From the IMG/VR virus record IMGVR_UViG_3300027769_000020, positions 27,528-91,527 of that record: a stretch of DNA of 64,000 nucleotides; one strand, written 5' to 3'. The notes beneath the pieces were generated by a model. That model was not told where the DNA came from and did not search any database. It was given only the letters and a program-made list of their open reading frames with translations. The stretch comes from a virus. Both the position numbers and the translations under genes were made by a program. Position 1 is the first letter of the stretch. Each line of letters begins with the position of its first letter. Shown in pieces: positions 6,680-16,567 of this stretch.

Positions 6680-6898
6680 ATGGCATTAGAATTAACTCCA
6701 GAACAAGTAGCAAAATCTGTATCAGCTGCATATGATAGTGTAGCATTAATTACAGAATTAAAAGCAAAAGAATCATTAACTGAAGAAGAGGCAGATACAT
6801 TAAAACGTAATGAAGAGCACATCAGAATTATGTTAGCTAAAGACTTTTTTGTTGCTGCTTTAACTAAAAAGCAAAACACTGAATTATCTAAAATATGA
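6680..6898 (+). CDS. small helical protein, possible fibre chaperone
   Basis: DSV.LI...RNEEHIRIML motif; follows fibre genes. Confidence 0.55.
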   Translation: MALELTPEQVAKSVSAAYDSVALITELKAKESLTEEEADTLKRNEEHIRIMLAKDFFVAALTKKQNTELSKI

Positions 6899-7047
6899 GA
6901 CAAGAGGATGCACAGAAAATTGTAGAACAAGCTTTGAATCAAGCATTTTTAAAAGGAGCATATAGCTTACAAGATGCAGCAATGATTACAGAAGCATTAA
7001 AAGTTCTATTTACAAGACCTGAATTAGAACTTGTACAAGAAAACTAA
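6895..7047 (+). CDS. hypothetical protein (50 aa, MRQEDAQKIVEQALNQAF...)
   Basis: Hand translation; ATGA overlap with the upstream gene; ends just before a terminator. Confidence 0.7.
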   Translation: MRQEDAQKIVEQALNQAFLKGAYSLQDAAMITEALKVLFTRPELELVQEN

Positions 7048-7053
7048 AAGCAT

Positions 7054-7082
7054 AAGCCACAGAGATGTGGCTTTTCTTTTTT
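7054..7082 (+). terminator. intrinsic terminator
   Basis: AAGCCACA/TGTGGCTT stem plus T run. Confidence 0.7.
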
Positions 7083-7107
7083 ATATTTGTTTATCTAGAA
7101 AGTTTTA

Positions 7108-7117
7108 AGTATATTAT
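7108..7117 (+). promoter_or_regulatory. putative late promoter box (A)GTATATTAT
   Basis: GTATATTA(T) recurs before operon starts at 4064, 13654, 33017 and 39837; TATATTAT at about 23814 and 36914; TATATTTAC at 1412, 26789 and 57727. Confidence 0.45.
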
Positions 7118-7136
7118 TATATATAAATAAATTATT

Positions 7137-7538
7137 ATGTCAGTAGGAGATTTAAAAACATACGGTGGGAAAGGTACTGATTTTCCTTGGCAATTAAAAA
7201 TGTTGCTAGGTCAACAAGCAACAGTTGACTTATTAACTGCTATTGCAGCTGGTACAGTTGATGTTGAACCATATTTAATTGATCTAGTTAACAATACAGA
7301 TCCTTCAGAAAGAACACCTAACTTAATTAGAGCTACAGGAGCTGGTACTATTGCACCATTAACATATGATTTTTCTGTATCTAATGTAGGTGCTGGAAAT
7401 GGTACAATACTAGGAGGTACAATTAAACCAGGGGAAACATTGAATTTTGCAGCAGGAGCATTGCGTAATTTTTATGCAGCTAATTCAATTTCTTATGATG
7501 GTACTGGTACTGAATTAGTAATTATCTATAATTCATAA
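7137..7538 (+). CDS. putative structural protein
   Basis: 133-aa ORF, beta-rich C-terminus, in fibre cluster. Confidence 0.6.
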   Translation: MSVGDLKTYGGKGTDFPWQLKMLLGQQATVDLLTAIAAGTVDVEPYLIDLVNNTDPSERTPNLIRATGAGTIAPLTYDFSVSNVGAGNGTILGGTIKPGETLNFAAGALRNFYAANSISYDGTGTELVIIYNS

Positions 7539-7542
7539 CATA

Positions 7543-8103
7543 ATGAGTACGCTCATTCAGGTTGATAAATATGTAAGTAATCCTTATGGATACTTGAGTA
7601 GATTGTATACACAAACTAATTCAAGTACTCCTGTTACAAATACTTTAAGTGAATTATCATTACTTGATGGCGGACTTGGTACATTAACTGTTCCAGCAAA
7701 TATGTTTAAAGTAGGAGATAGTTTTCATGCTATTGCTACGGGACATATTTCATCAGTTAATAACCATAAACTTAGAATTAGAATAAAAACTGATGGTGTA
7801 GTTCTAGCAGATACAGGTAATATAACTATGTCAGGATCAACTAATAAACATTGGAAACTTGAAGTTTACTTTACAGTAAGAGCAATAGGTGGATCAGGTG
7901 TTGCTAAAATTGTTGCAGGAGGAACTTTTATGTATACTAAAGATGCTAGTAATTCATTTGAAGGTACAAATTTTAGTACTGAAACTACAACTGGTTTTAA
8001 TACCACAATTAATAATACACTTGTAATTACTGCACAATGGGATACAGCAAACATAGGTGACAGTATTTATTCAGAAATATTTACTCTAAATAAAACATAC
8101 TAA
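7543..8103 (+). CDS. putative structural protein (beta-sandwich)
   Basis: 186-aa Thr/Gly-rich ORF coupled to the next gene. Confidence 0.6.
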   Translation: MSTLIQVDKYVSNPYGYLSRLYTQTNSSTPVTNTLSELSLLDGGLGTLTVPANMFKVGDSFHAIATGHISSVNNHKLRIRIKTDGVVLADTGNITMSGSTNKHWKLEVYFTVRAIGGSGVAKIVAGGTFMYTKDASNSFEGTNFSTETTTGFNTTINNTLVITAQWDTANIGDSIYSEIFTLNKTY

Positions 8104-10220
8104 TGAGTACAGATATTAATATAAAGAAAAAAATAAGCATTGAAGAAGAAGGTGCTTTACTTACAACAGATGTTAATAACATTAACTTTGTTGGAGCTGG
8201 TGTTACCGCAAGTACACTAGGTAATGATGTTACTGTTACTGTAGCTGGTGGAAATGGTTCAGTAATATATTACTTAAATCAAACAGTAACACAAGCACCA
8301 TATAAAGAATTTTCATCAATTGTAACTACGGCTGTTGAACAAGTTGTACCAGCAACAATAGCTGGAGGGGTAACTACAATAATTGCAGAATATCAAACAC
8401 CTGTTGGTATACCAAATACAACAGTTATTCCTGCAGGTTTATGGCAATTCTTTTTACACTTTAATGCAGGTAGTGCTGGTCAAAATTGGATTATTAGACC
8501 AACTGTATACAAAAGAGATTCAGGTGGAACAGAGACATTAATCTTTACACCAGATCCGGAGATTGTAACTAACATGAGTACTACAACTACTATGTATACT
8601 TGTGATGGTGTATTTCCTACAACTTCATTATTAACTACTGATAGAATAGTAGTTAAGATTGCATTACAAAATACAACAGGTGTATCACAAACTGCAAGTT
8701 TTAGAACTGAAGGTTCTCAACATTATTCAGTAGCAGCAACAACATTGAATCAAGCAGTATCTGCAGGTTCAGTTACTTCAGTATCTGGTACCGCACCAAT
8801 AGTATCATCTGGTGGTTCAACTCCAGCAATAAGTATACCTCAAGCAACTGCATTAGTTGATGGTTATTTATCATCATCTGATTGGTCAGTATTTAATGCT
8901 AAAGTTCCTGCTACAAGAAATTTAACTATTAACGGTACAACCTATGATTTATCAGCAGATAGAACATGGACAATTGCAACTGGTTCATCAGGTGTATTTG
9001 GTATTGCAGATACAAGTGGAGTTTATACATATTATGCAACTTTTGCATTAGCAAGAGCAGCTGCAACATCAGGACAAACTATTGAGTTATTTGCTGATGT
9101 AATAGAAACAACAAATATTTCTGCTATATTAAAAGATGGAGTAAACATTAATGGTAATGGTCATACTTATACATTAAGTCAAGCAGGAATAGCCTCATCA
9201 TTTTCTGATAATGGTGTTGCTGTAGTATGTGATATATCTAATATTATAATTAGAAGAGCTGCAGGTACAGCATCTGTTGTAAATACATTATGTCTTTCAC
9301 TTACAGCTGCATCTAAAATAACTGGAAATGCATTATGTATAAGTTCTTGTAGTACTGCAATAGGTGTTAATAATGCATCTGCTGAATTAAATGGATTAGT
9401 TGGAATATGTATTACTAATTTTTATGGTATATATTCTACGGGTATCCTTAAAAATGTATATGGTGAAACATACTCAGCAGATTATCATTACTCAATTTAT
9501 TCTACAGGTACTGCAGTTAATTGTCATGGTGTAGGATTTGGTTTATATCAATATGCATTTTATAATGGTGGTATAGCAGTAAATTGTTCAGGAACTATTA
9601 CTGGTAATTTTGGTGGTGGATTTTATAATGCTGGTACTGCTGAAAATTGTACTGGTAAATCTGTTGGTACATCAGGATTCTTTTCATCAGGTACATCAAT
9701 AAGTTGTACCGGAGTTTCTGTTTCAGGTAATGGATTTAATATAAATGCTAGTGGTACAATGCATGAATCATGTTCAGGATACTCAACATCTGGATCAGGA
9801 ATATATTGTTATGGTGGTAGATTAATTAACTGTACAGGTATAAGCGGAAGTGGATATGGAATTACAGCTGTAAATGGAAATGATACTCAGATGTCTGTTG
9901 TTAAATGTACTGGAATATCAACTGGATCATCAGGTATGTATGCAAATTATGCTCCAAATAATGGTGGACTTCAAAATTGTTCATTGTATTCATATTATAA
10001 TTCAATAAATGGAAGAGCTTTAGAACTTGGTACATATGCAAATAGTGTTGTAGGTTGTACAATGGGTGTTACATCAAGTAGTGCTGCATCAATATATTGT
10101 GCATCAGCAATAAATGTTAAATATATTAATAATACATTTACAGGTTCAACAACACCAATAGTAAATATTACTCAAGCAGTAACTAATACACAAGATAACC
10201 AAGGAAATATTTTATTATAA
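8103..10220 (+). CDS. tail spike/fibre with parallel beta-helix repeats
   Basis: GSVTSVSGTAPI and DGYLSSSDW fibre motifs; C-terminal (N/S)C.G.S..G.G repeats. Confidence 0.75.
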   Translation: MSTDINIKKKISIEEEGALLTTDVNNINFVGAGVTASTLGNDVTVTVAGGNGSVIYYLNQTVTQAPYKEFSSIVTTAVEQVVPATIAGGVTTIIAEYQTPVGIPNTTVIPAGLWQFFLHFNAGSAGQNWIIRPTVYKRDSGGTETLIFTPDPEIVTNMSTTTTMYTCDGVFPTTSLLTTDRIVVKIALQNTTGVSQTASFRTEGSQHYSVAATTLNQAVSAGSVTSVSGTAPIVSSGGSTPAISIPQATALVDGYLSSSDWSVFNAKVPATRNLTINGTTYDLSADRTWTIATGSSGVFGIADTSGVYTYYATFALARAAATSGQTIELFADVIETTNISAILKDGVNINGNGHTYTLSQAGIASSFSDNGVAVVCDISNIIIRRAAGTASVVNTLCLSLTAASKITGNALCISSCSTAIGVNNASAELNGLVGICITNFYGIYSTGILKNVYGETYSADYHYSIYSTGTAVNCHGVGFGLYQYAFYNGGIAVNCSGTITGNFGGGFYNAGTAENCTGKSVGTSGFFSSGTSISCTGVSVSGNGFNINASGTMHESCSGYSTSGSGIYCYGGRLINCTGISGSGYGITAVNGNDTQMSVVKCTGISTGSSGMYANYAPNNGGLQNCSLYSYYNSINGRALELGTYANSVVGCTMGVTSSSAASIYCASAINVKYINNTFTGSTTPIVNITQAVTNTQDNQGNILL

Positions 10221-10504
10221 TGGAAAAGATAGATATTAAAAATAAAGATATATTAGTATATGATGTATTTAACGTACTTATTAAAGTACTTAATCTTGAT
10301 GATATTAAAAACTATCAAGAATCATATCTTGCAGATTGTACATTATTTACATTAAATTTAACTGTTCCTGAAAAAAGAATTGTAAAATTTAATGGTGAAG
10401 ATTACTCAATCACACTGATATTAAAATATGAAGATATGGATGATAAGCAAAAATTTGATTTTGATGACTTTGTATCTCAAGTTGAACAACTTTTAATTAA
10501 TTAG
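10220..10504 (+). CDS. small acidic protein, possible fibre chaperone
   Basis: Translationally coupled to the spike gene. Confidence 0.55.
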   Translation: MEKIDIKNKDILVYDVFNVLIKVLNLDDIKNYQESYLADCTLFTLNLTVPEKRIVKFNGEDYSITLILKYEDMDDKQKFDFDDFVSQVEQLLIN

Positions 10505-10506
10505 AA

Positions 10507-11982
10507 ATGGCAGTTATAACATTAACAACACAAATGGCTGGTGCTATTAATTATACAGTAACAACAGCATCATCTGCTGATTGGCCATCTGTAGCTAATA
10601 GTACATATTTTTATGACTTAACTGATAAGTTAGTATATTATAAAAACAGCTCAGGTACAGTTTTAAGCGTATTTTCTTCAGCTGGTGGTTTAACTTACTT
10701 TACTGAAGCAAGAAGTACAACTGCACCCAATACTACTACTAATGTTGATTCACTATCTGCTGGAAATGGCTTAAGTACAACAGATATTGATATATCAATT
10801 GTACCTAAAGGTAATGGTGCATTCTTATTAGATATTCCAGATTCTTCTATTACTGGTGGTAATAAAAGAGGAACTAATTCTATTGATTTACAAATATCCA
10901 GATCTGCAAGTACACAAGTTGCAAGTGGAAACTATGCAGTTGCAATTGGATTTTCAAATACAGCTTCAAATACTTCTGCTACAGCAATTGGACAATTGAA
11001 CATTGCAAATGCAATTGGCTCTACAGCTTTAGGATATCAAAATACTTCTAGTGGAAGTTACTCATTTACAGCAGGACAAACAAATACAGCAAGTGGAAAC
11101 TATGCATCAAGTATTGGTGGTCCAAATAATAATGCAAGTGGTACAGGTTGTTCAATTTTTGGTGGATATAATAATACGGCAAATGGAAACTATGCTACTA
11201 TAGTTGGTGGATACGGAAATACAAATTCTGGAACTTATGGTTCATTAATTGCAGGAGCAGAAAACAATAATAGTGGAGCATATGGTGCTTCAACATTTGG
11301 TTGGGTTAATACAAATTCATCAACTTCTGGTTTAACAGCTGGTTATGGTAATAATCATAGCGCTGCTTATGGGTGTTCAATTGGTCAATCTAATATAAAT
11401 AGTGGAAGTAGGTCAAATACATTTGGTCAATCTAATACAGTAAGTAGTCAAGATTCATTTGTAGCTGGTGTATCAAATTCAGTTTTAAATGGTGCTTATA
11501 ATACCGTTTTTGGTAGAGGAGGAACAAATCTTAATGGTTCATACGGAAGATTTGTTTTTGCTAGTTATAATACAGTAGTAGGAGATGCTCAAAATACAAG
11601 ATTAATTTTATCAAAAAGAACAACAGATGCTACAGTAACCACATTAACAATAGAAGGCGGTGCGGTTTATTTTGGGGTAAATGAATTTAAATTACAAGAT
11701 AATTCTTGTGTAAGATTTAAAGGAACAATAGTAGGTAAAAGAACTGCAACAACAACTGTAGGAGTATGGGATATTGATGGAGTTATAACTAGAGTAAATA
11801 GTGCCGCTACTACAACAATAGTAATTGGAAATGTAAATGTTGTAACAAATGCAGGTTCATGGGGTACTCCGACATTAACAATTAATGCTTCTTTTGGAAA
11901 CTTAAGTGTAAATGTATCTGGTGCTGCAGCAACAAATATACAATGGGTATGTCATTTAGAATGTACAGAAGTAGTTTATTAA
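10507..11982 (+). CDS. tail fibre with YadA-head-like repeats
   Basis: GGNKRG.NSIDLQ motif; AIG..N.ASG repeats. Confidence 0.75.
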   Translation: MAVITLTTQMAGAINYTVTTASSADWPSVANSTYFYDLTDKLVYYKNSSGTVLSVFSSAGGLTYFTEARSTTAPNTTTNVDSLSAGNGLSTTDIDISIVPKGNGAFLLDIPDSSITGGNKRGTNSIDLQISRSASTQVASGNYAVAIGFSNTASNTSATAIGQLNIANAIGSTALGYQNTSSGSYSFTAGQTNTASGNYASSIGGPNNNASGTGCSIFGGYNNTANGNYATIVGGYGNTNSGTYGSLIAGAENNNSGAYGASTFGWVNTNSSTSGLTAGYGNNHSAAYGCSIGQSNINSGSRSNTFGQSNTVSSQDSFVAGVSNSVLNGAYNTVFGRGGTNLNGSYGRFVFASYNTVVGDAQNTRLILSKRTTDATVTTLTIEGGAVYFGVNEFKLQDNSCVRFKGTIVGKRTATTTVGVWDIDGVITRVNSAATTTIVIGNVNVVTNAGSWGTPTLTINASFGNLSVNVSGAAATNIQWVCHLECTEVVY

Positions 11983-11994
11983 AAAATATAAAAC

Positions 11995-12363
11995 ATGAAA
12001 ATACAAACATTAATACCTGTAACTTACAATGATGGTATTGCAAGTCAGGTAACAGGAATAGTAACTGGGACTATTAACTTTGTAAACCAGGATTATTATA
12101 GAGAACTATATAATTTTACATTTAGTTATGTAGATGAATCAGGAAAATCAATTAGTGATACTCCACCATTTACTTTAACAAGAGATGAGATAAATGTATT
12201 CTATGATGAAATAAAAGATTCTGTACCAACTAATATAGCATATTTTGAAACTACAGAATATATTTACTATCTTGGTTTTAAAATAGAGATGGCTAAAACA
12301 TTTGGTATTACTACAAATGATATAGATATTTTAGTAGAGAGTGATGAAGTATTAAGTATATAA
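11995..12363 (+). CDS. hypothetical protein (possible fibre chaperone)
   Basis: 122-aa acidic ORF after a fibre gene. Confidence 0.55.
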   Translation: MKIQTLIPVTYNDGIASQVTGIVTGTINFVNQDYYRELYNFTFSYVDESGKSISDTPPFTLTRDEINVFYDEIKDSVPTNIAYFETTEYIYYLGFKIEMAKTFGITTNDIDILVESDEVLSI

Positions 12364-12365
12364 TT

Positions 12366-13136
12366 ATGGCAGGAACATATTGGAGTGAAGATGTTTTAGA
12401 TATGATGTATCTAAAACCTTCAGAAATTTATAGAGGTATGACATTTAATAATAATAGTACAACTATTCAATTAGATGGTGGTGTTATATTATCAACTTCT
12501 GCTTCTACTTTAGCTCAAACTGTATCAGGAAGCAGCTTTGTAAATAAACAAGTAAGGTTAAGATTCTATGCTTCAGTTGTATCTGGAGGTAGATATACTG
12601 GAACAAGAGGTACTGCTTTACTTTGGTATATACATGGTGGGTTTAGATTTGTATGTGATTTCAATGTATCAGATACAGCATTTTCTGCTAACTGTCAACA
12701 GTTTTATGGTATGGCTGGTCAAACAACTGATTTAGCTTATGGTGGTGTATCTGGAACTTTAGTAAGTACATTGACTAATATAATTGGTGTTGGTAGTGAA
12801 GTAGGTGATGCTAACTTGCAAATCTTTCATAATGATGCAACAGGTGCAGCAACAAAAGTAGATTTAGGAGCAGCCTTCCCAGCTAATAGAACAGCAGGTG
12901 CTGAGATGACTACTGTATATAGCATAATATTATTTAATGAACCAGGATCTACAACTGTTAACTATAGAGTAGTTAATAATGAAACTGGTGCTATTGCAAC
13001 TGGTGTTATTTCAACTGATTTACCATTGTCAACACAAGCATTAAACTTTTTTGGTAGTAGATGTATGTCAACAACTTCTGTAACAGGTTCAGGTCAATTT
13101 GATTTAATGAAATTAGGGGTTTATTCACAATTTTAA
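12366..13136 (+). CDS. putative structural/receptor-binding protein (lectin-like beta domain)
   Basis: beta-rich sequence; NLQIFHND.TG..TKVDLG..FP motif. Confidence 0.55.
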   Translation: MAGTYWSEDVLDMMYLKPSEIYRGMTFNNNSTTIQLDGGVILSTSASTLAQTVSGSSFVNKQVRLRFYASVVSGGRYTGTRGTALLWYIHGGFRFVCDFNVSDTAFSANCQQFYGMAGQTTDLAYGGVSGTLVSTLTNIIGVGSEVGDANLQIFHNDATGAATKVDLGAAFPANRTAGAEMTTVYSIILFNEPGSTTVNYRVVNNETGAIATGVISTDLPLSTQALNFFGSRCMSTTSVTGSGQFDLMKLGVYSQF

Positions 13137-13138
13137 GT

Positions 13139-13381
13139 ATGGAACAATTTATTTTAATATCATCAATGTTTGTTGAACCAGATGGTGAAGTAAATGTATG
13201 TTTAAAGCCTATAAGTCCATTGATAGAAGACTATATAGCAACATATAGAACTTTTTCTGATGAAGCAACAGCAATAGCAGAAACACCTGATTTTATTATA
13301 GAAATGGTACCATTATTATTTGCACAGTTTGAACAAATGGATAATGTACCACTAGAGATAAGACAGCAATTTGAATTATAA
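13139..13381 (+). CDS. small acidic hypothetical protein
   Basis: 80-aa ORF in the operon. Confidence 0.6.
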   Translation: MEQFILISSMFVEPDGEVNVCLKPISPLIEDYIATYRTFSDEATAIAETPDFIIEMVPLLFAQFEQMDNVPLEIRQQFEL

Positions 13382-13392
13382 TATTTAAGATT

Positions 13393-13611
13393 ATGAAAAA
13401 AACAGTAAAAGAAATAAAAACAAGATGGGGTTCAGAAACTCCTAAGTTTTGGAAAAAAGTACAAAAAATAGGTATGATTGCAGGAACAATAGGAGGAGTT
13501 TTAATTGCAGCACCTGTTGCATTACCAGCAGCATTAATATCTGCAGGAGGATACTTATTATTAGCTGGTTCATTAACTGCTACTCTATCTCAGTTAACTG
13601 TAGAAAAGTAG
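13393..13611 (+). CDS. putative holin (two TM segments)
   Basis: TPKFWKKVQ basic N-terminus followed by two hydrophobic helices; upstream of peptidoglycan hydrolase. Confidence 0.55.
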   Translation: MKKTVKEIKTRWGSETPKFWKKVQKIGMIAGTIGGVLIAAPVALPAALISAGGYLLLAGSLTATLSQLTVEK

Positions 13612-13689
13612 TATAATAACTAAAAAGTTAGTATATACTTATAATATTTTTTTGTATATTATATGTATATATTTATTAAATATCAAGAG

Positions 13690-14004
13690 ATGGATGCAAC
13701 AACACTAACAATTGTATTATTTATAGCAGGTACAATTATTGGACTTATTAGTTTTTTCTTAAGGACTTCTTACAATAATATTACTACCGGTCTAGATGAA
13801 CTTAAGAATGACTTTCATACACATAGAGAAGATCATGGTAAGTTAAAAGGGAAGTTAGAATTACTTGAACAAGAGCATAGATTAAAGTATCAGCTTATTC
13901 AAGAAGTAACTCAACAAGAAATTAAAAATATGGCCAGTAAAATTGGAGAACTATCAGATACAGTTGGTGAACTTGTTAAGTTTCAACTAAAACAAAATAA
14001 ATGA
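13690..14004 (+). CDS. membrane-anchored coiled-coil protein (lysis cassette)
   Basis: N-terminal TM (TIVLFIAGTIIGLISFFL) then heptads; ATG at 13690 preferred. Confidence 0.6.
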   Translation: MDATTLTIVLFIAGTIIGLISFFLRTSYNNITTGLDELKNDFHTHREDHGKLKGKLELLEQEHRLKYQLIQEVTQQEIKNMASKIGELSDTVGELVKFQLKQNK

Positions 14005-14492
14005 ATTCAACACTTTTAAAAACCGGAGATATTTTACATTGTAGTGGAAAAAGATTATTAAGTAGATTAATCAAGAAAGCAACAAAGTCAAAGTATTCTC
14101 ATACTGCATTATTTATTGAAATATGGGGACAACCCTATGTAATAGATGCACAAAAAGATGGTGTAAATTTAAGACCTTGGAAAGATTGGTTGGATATGTA
14201 TAATTATGATATAACTGTACATAGATCAAGTGATGTTGTCAATGAGAAAACATTTGCACAAAGAGCATTAACTAAAGTTGGTCATACAGCATATGACTTT
14301 GAAGGATTGCTAGTAAGACAACCAATAGAATTAGTTACAGGAGAATGGGTAGAAAAAGGAGACACAACTAGACAAATGTATTGCTCAGAGTATGTTGCAT
14401 GGGTATATGGAATAGAAAAGGCATTTAGATTTTCTCCTCAAGATTTATATGAGTGGTGTAAAACTCATTACTTCTATGAAATAGCAATTTAA
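14001..14492 (+). CDS. permuted papain-like NlpC/P60 enzyme (YiiX/YebB-like)
   Basis: LKTGDIL, YSHTAL (His), YDF and YCSEYV (Cys) in His-before-Cys order. Confidence 0.8.
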   Translation: MNSTLLKTGDILHCSGKRLLSRLIKKATKSKYSHTALFIEIWGQPYVIDAQKDGVNLRPWKDWLDMYNYDITVHRSSDVVNEKTFAQRALTKVGHTAYDFEGLLVRQPIELVTGEWVEKGDTTRQMYCSEYVAWVYGIEKAFRFSPQDLYEWCKTHYFYEIAI

Positions 14493-14507
14493 TAAAAACC
14501 AAACATT

Positions 14508-14963
14508 ATGAAATTAAGTGAACACGTAACATTAAAAGAATTTTGTGATTCTAATACTGCTACAGCAAAAGGTATAAATAATACAATTACTGATCCTGTA
14601 CATTTAGAGAATGCTAAAAAATTAGCATTAAGTGTATTTGAACCAATTAGAGCTCATGTAGGACATGCAATTAATATTAATTCTGGATACAGAAGTAAAG
14701 CATTAAATAAAGCAATACCTGGTTCATCATCTACATCTCAACACTGTTTTGGTGAAGCTGTAGATTTAGATTTACATGACAGAGACTTATTTGAATGGAT
14801 TATAGATAACATTACTTTTGACCAAATGATATTTGAAGGTGGTACAGAAGATAAAGCTAACTGGTTCCATATATCTTACAGAGAAGGTAGAAACAGAAAA
14901 CAAGTATTAAGAATGATTAAAAAAGGTGGTAAATCTACGTATGTACCATATATAAGAAAATAA
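14508..14963 (+). CDS. endolysin, peptidase M15 family
   Basis: INSGYRS..LN, SQHCFGEAVD, FDQMIFE and WFHISY motifs. Confidence 0.85.
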   Translation: MKLSEHVTLKEFCDSNTATAKGINNTITDPVHLENAKKLALSVFEPIRAHVGHAININSGYRSKALNKAIPGSSSTSQHCFGEAVDLDLHDRDLFEWIIDNITFDQMIFEGGTEDKANWFHISYREGRNRKQVLRMIKKGGKSTYVPYIRK

Positions 14964-14973
14964 TATAATTATT

Positions 14974-15132
14974 ATGAAATACAGAAACTCTTGGAAAACA
15001 AAAAATAAACAATGGGATAAAGTGTGTATAAGAACAAGATTAGGTGCTATTGATTTATTGACTATAGAGATAGATGTTACAAGATCTTTTTATATGTTTT
15101 CTTTATTGAACTTTACCATTAAGAATAGATAA
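14974..15132 (+). CDS. hypothetical protein (52 aa, MKYRNSWKTKNKQWDK...)
   Basis: Hand translation; fills the gap between the endolysin and a terminator. Confidence 0.65.
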   Translation: MKYRNSWKTKNKQWDKVCIRTRLGAIDLLTIEIDVTRSFYMFSLLNFTIKNR

Positions 15133-15154
15133 TAACTACTACTACTAAATGTTT

Positions 15155-15186
15155 AAACTCAGGTGATTACTCATCTGAGTTTTTTT
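15155..15186 (+). terminator. intrinsic terminator
   Basis: AAACTCAGGTGA/TCATCTGAGTTT stem plus T run. Confidence 0.7.
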
Positions 15187-15248
15187 ATTTAAATAATTAA
15201 AGTTTAAACTTATTTAGTATATTTGTGTAAACTTTAAATATATAAGTA

Positions 15249-15542
15249 ATGGAAAGCGTAAACCAACAAGAACAAGAAGTAGAGTTAACAGCAGAAGAGT
15301 TAGCTGAGAAAAAAGAGCAGATGCTTAAATTCTACACTGAATCATTGCCTTATTTAAAAGCACAAGCTGAGTATGAGAAAACATTGTGTGAAATTGATGA
15401 GGCTAGATTTAAAAGAACTACAATTCAATATCAGTATGCTATGTTGATGCAACAACAAGAAGAGCAACCAGAAGGTGCAGATAATGATATTGATAACTCA
15501 CCAGAGATTCCTGAGCAAGGTAGAAAACTAAAAACAAATTAA
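15249..15542 (+). CDS. hypothetical coiled-coil protein
   Basis: 97-aa ORF after TATATTTG at 15218. Confidence 0.7.
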   Translation: MESVNQQEQEVELTAEELAEKKEQMLKFYTESLPYLKAQAEYEKTLCEIDEARFKRTTIQYQYAMLMQQQEEQPEGADNDIDNSPEIPEQGRKLKTN

Positions 15543-15548
15543 TTTATT

Positions 15549-15911
15549 ATGGCATTAGTAATACAAGTACAGAAACGTGCTGTAATGCCTAAATGGGAAA
15601 TTGTTAAGTTTCAGATTTTATCCCACTGCTATATTAACCGTATAGCAGTGAGTGAATCTGATTTAAACTGTTTGACCTTATTAAGTATGACAGGACCAAT
15701 TGAGTTAACTCATTTTTGTTATGATGCTTCCTCAGATGAGCAAATGATTTTTAAATCACCACAGACAGTTAGAAATGCTATTAACAAAGCAATGAAAAAT
15801 ATGTTAGTGATAAAAGATGATACTGATAAAAAAATCATTAAATTAAATCCAAATTTAAAAGTTCAGACTGAAGGGGATATATTATTAGATTATAAATTTT
15901 TAGGCAAATGA
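15549..15911 (+). CDS. putative winged-helix DNA-binding protein
   Basis: SESDLNCL.LL...SPQTVRNAINK....LVIK pattern. Confidence 0.55.
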   Translation: MALVIQVQKRAVMPKWEIVKFQILSHCYINRIAVSESDLNCLTLLSMTGPIELTHFCYDASSDEQMIFKSPQTVRNAINKAMKNMLVIKDDTDKKIIKLNPNLKVQTEGDILLDYKFLGK

Positions 15912-16297
15912 TTCCAAAAAATCCTAATATATTATATAAACAAATAGCAGAAGAGTTAAACGTATCAGAATCACTGGTAGATGCATTTATGACATTTTAC
16001 TATAAAGAAATAAGAAAGACATTATCTGAGTTAAATCACTCTAAAGTAAATATAGATGGCTTAGGTGTAATGGCAATTAAACCAAGAACAGTTGATGGGT
16101 TAATTAACAAGTACACTAACAGGGTAAATAAAATGGACACTAATACCTTGAATAACTATAGTTATAAAAAGAGAACAGAAGATAAACTTGAATTATTACA
16201 TAAGGTAAAAGAAATGCTAGATTCTGAAAAGCAAGTTAAACAAGAATTTATAAAGAAAAAGCAAGATGGGAAAACTGGAGAAGATTTGGAAAAATAG
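15908..16297 (+). CDS. HU/IHF-like DNA-binding protein
   Basis: IAEELNVSESLV...F...I...L...KVNIDGLG. Confidence 0.6.
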   Translation: MIPKNPNILYKQIAEELNVSESLVDAFMTFYYKEIRKTLSELNHSKVNIDGLGVMAIKPRTVDGLINKYTNRVNKMDTNTLNNYSYKKRTEDKLELLHKVKEMLDSEKQVKQEFIKKKQDGKTGEDLEK

Positions 16298-16565
16298 GAA
16301 GCAGATAATGGAGGGTATTAAAAACTCCATTGTAAGAGATGCATTTGTAGAAAAAATTGCAGAAGAAAGATTAAGTATTTGCAATAACTGCATAAGAAAA
16401 GATAATGAAGGTGGTTCATGTGTAATGCCTGGTACTCAACCATGTTGTAATTTATGTGGATGTTCATTAGCATTTAAGATAAGAGCACTATCTGCTGAAT
16501 GTCCTGATTTAAGATGGCATGCAGTACTTACAGAAGAAGAAGAAGATAAACTTAACGCATTATAA
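16266..16565 (+). CDS. small Cys-rich (Zn-binding) protein
   Basis: RLSICNNC...C..CGC...K......CP..RW. Confidence 0.65.
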   Translation: MGKLEKIWKNRKQIMEGIKNSIVRDAFVEKIAEERLSICNNCIRKDNEGGSCVMPGTQPCCNLCGCSLAFKIRALSAECPDLRWHAVLTEEEEDKLNAL

Positions 16566-16567
16566 TT

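Noticed and set aside
4102-13381. Diversity-generating retroelement or invertible tail-fibre switch
   Set aside because: No reverse transcriptase or recombinase, and no adenine-specific template/variable repeat pair or inverted repeats were noticed
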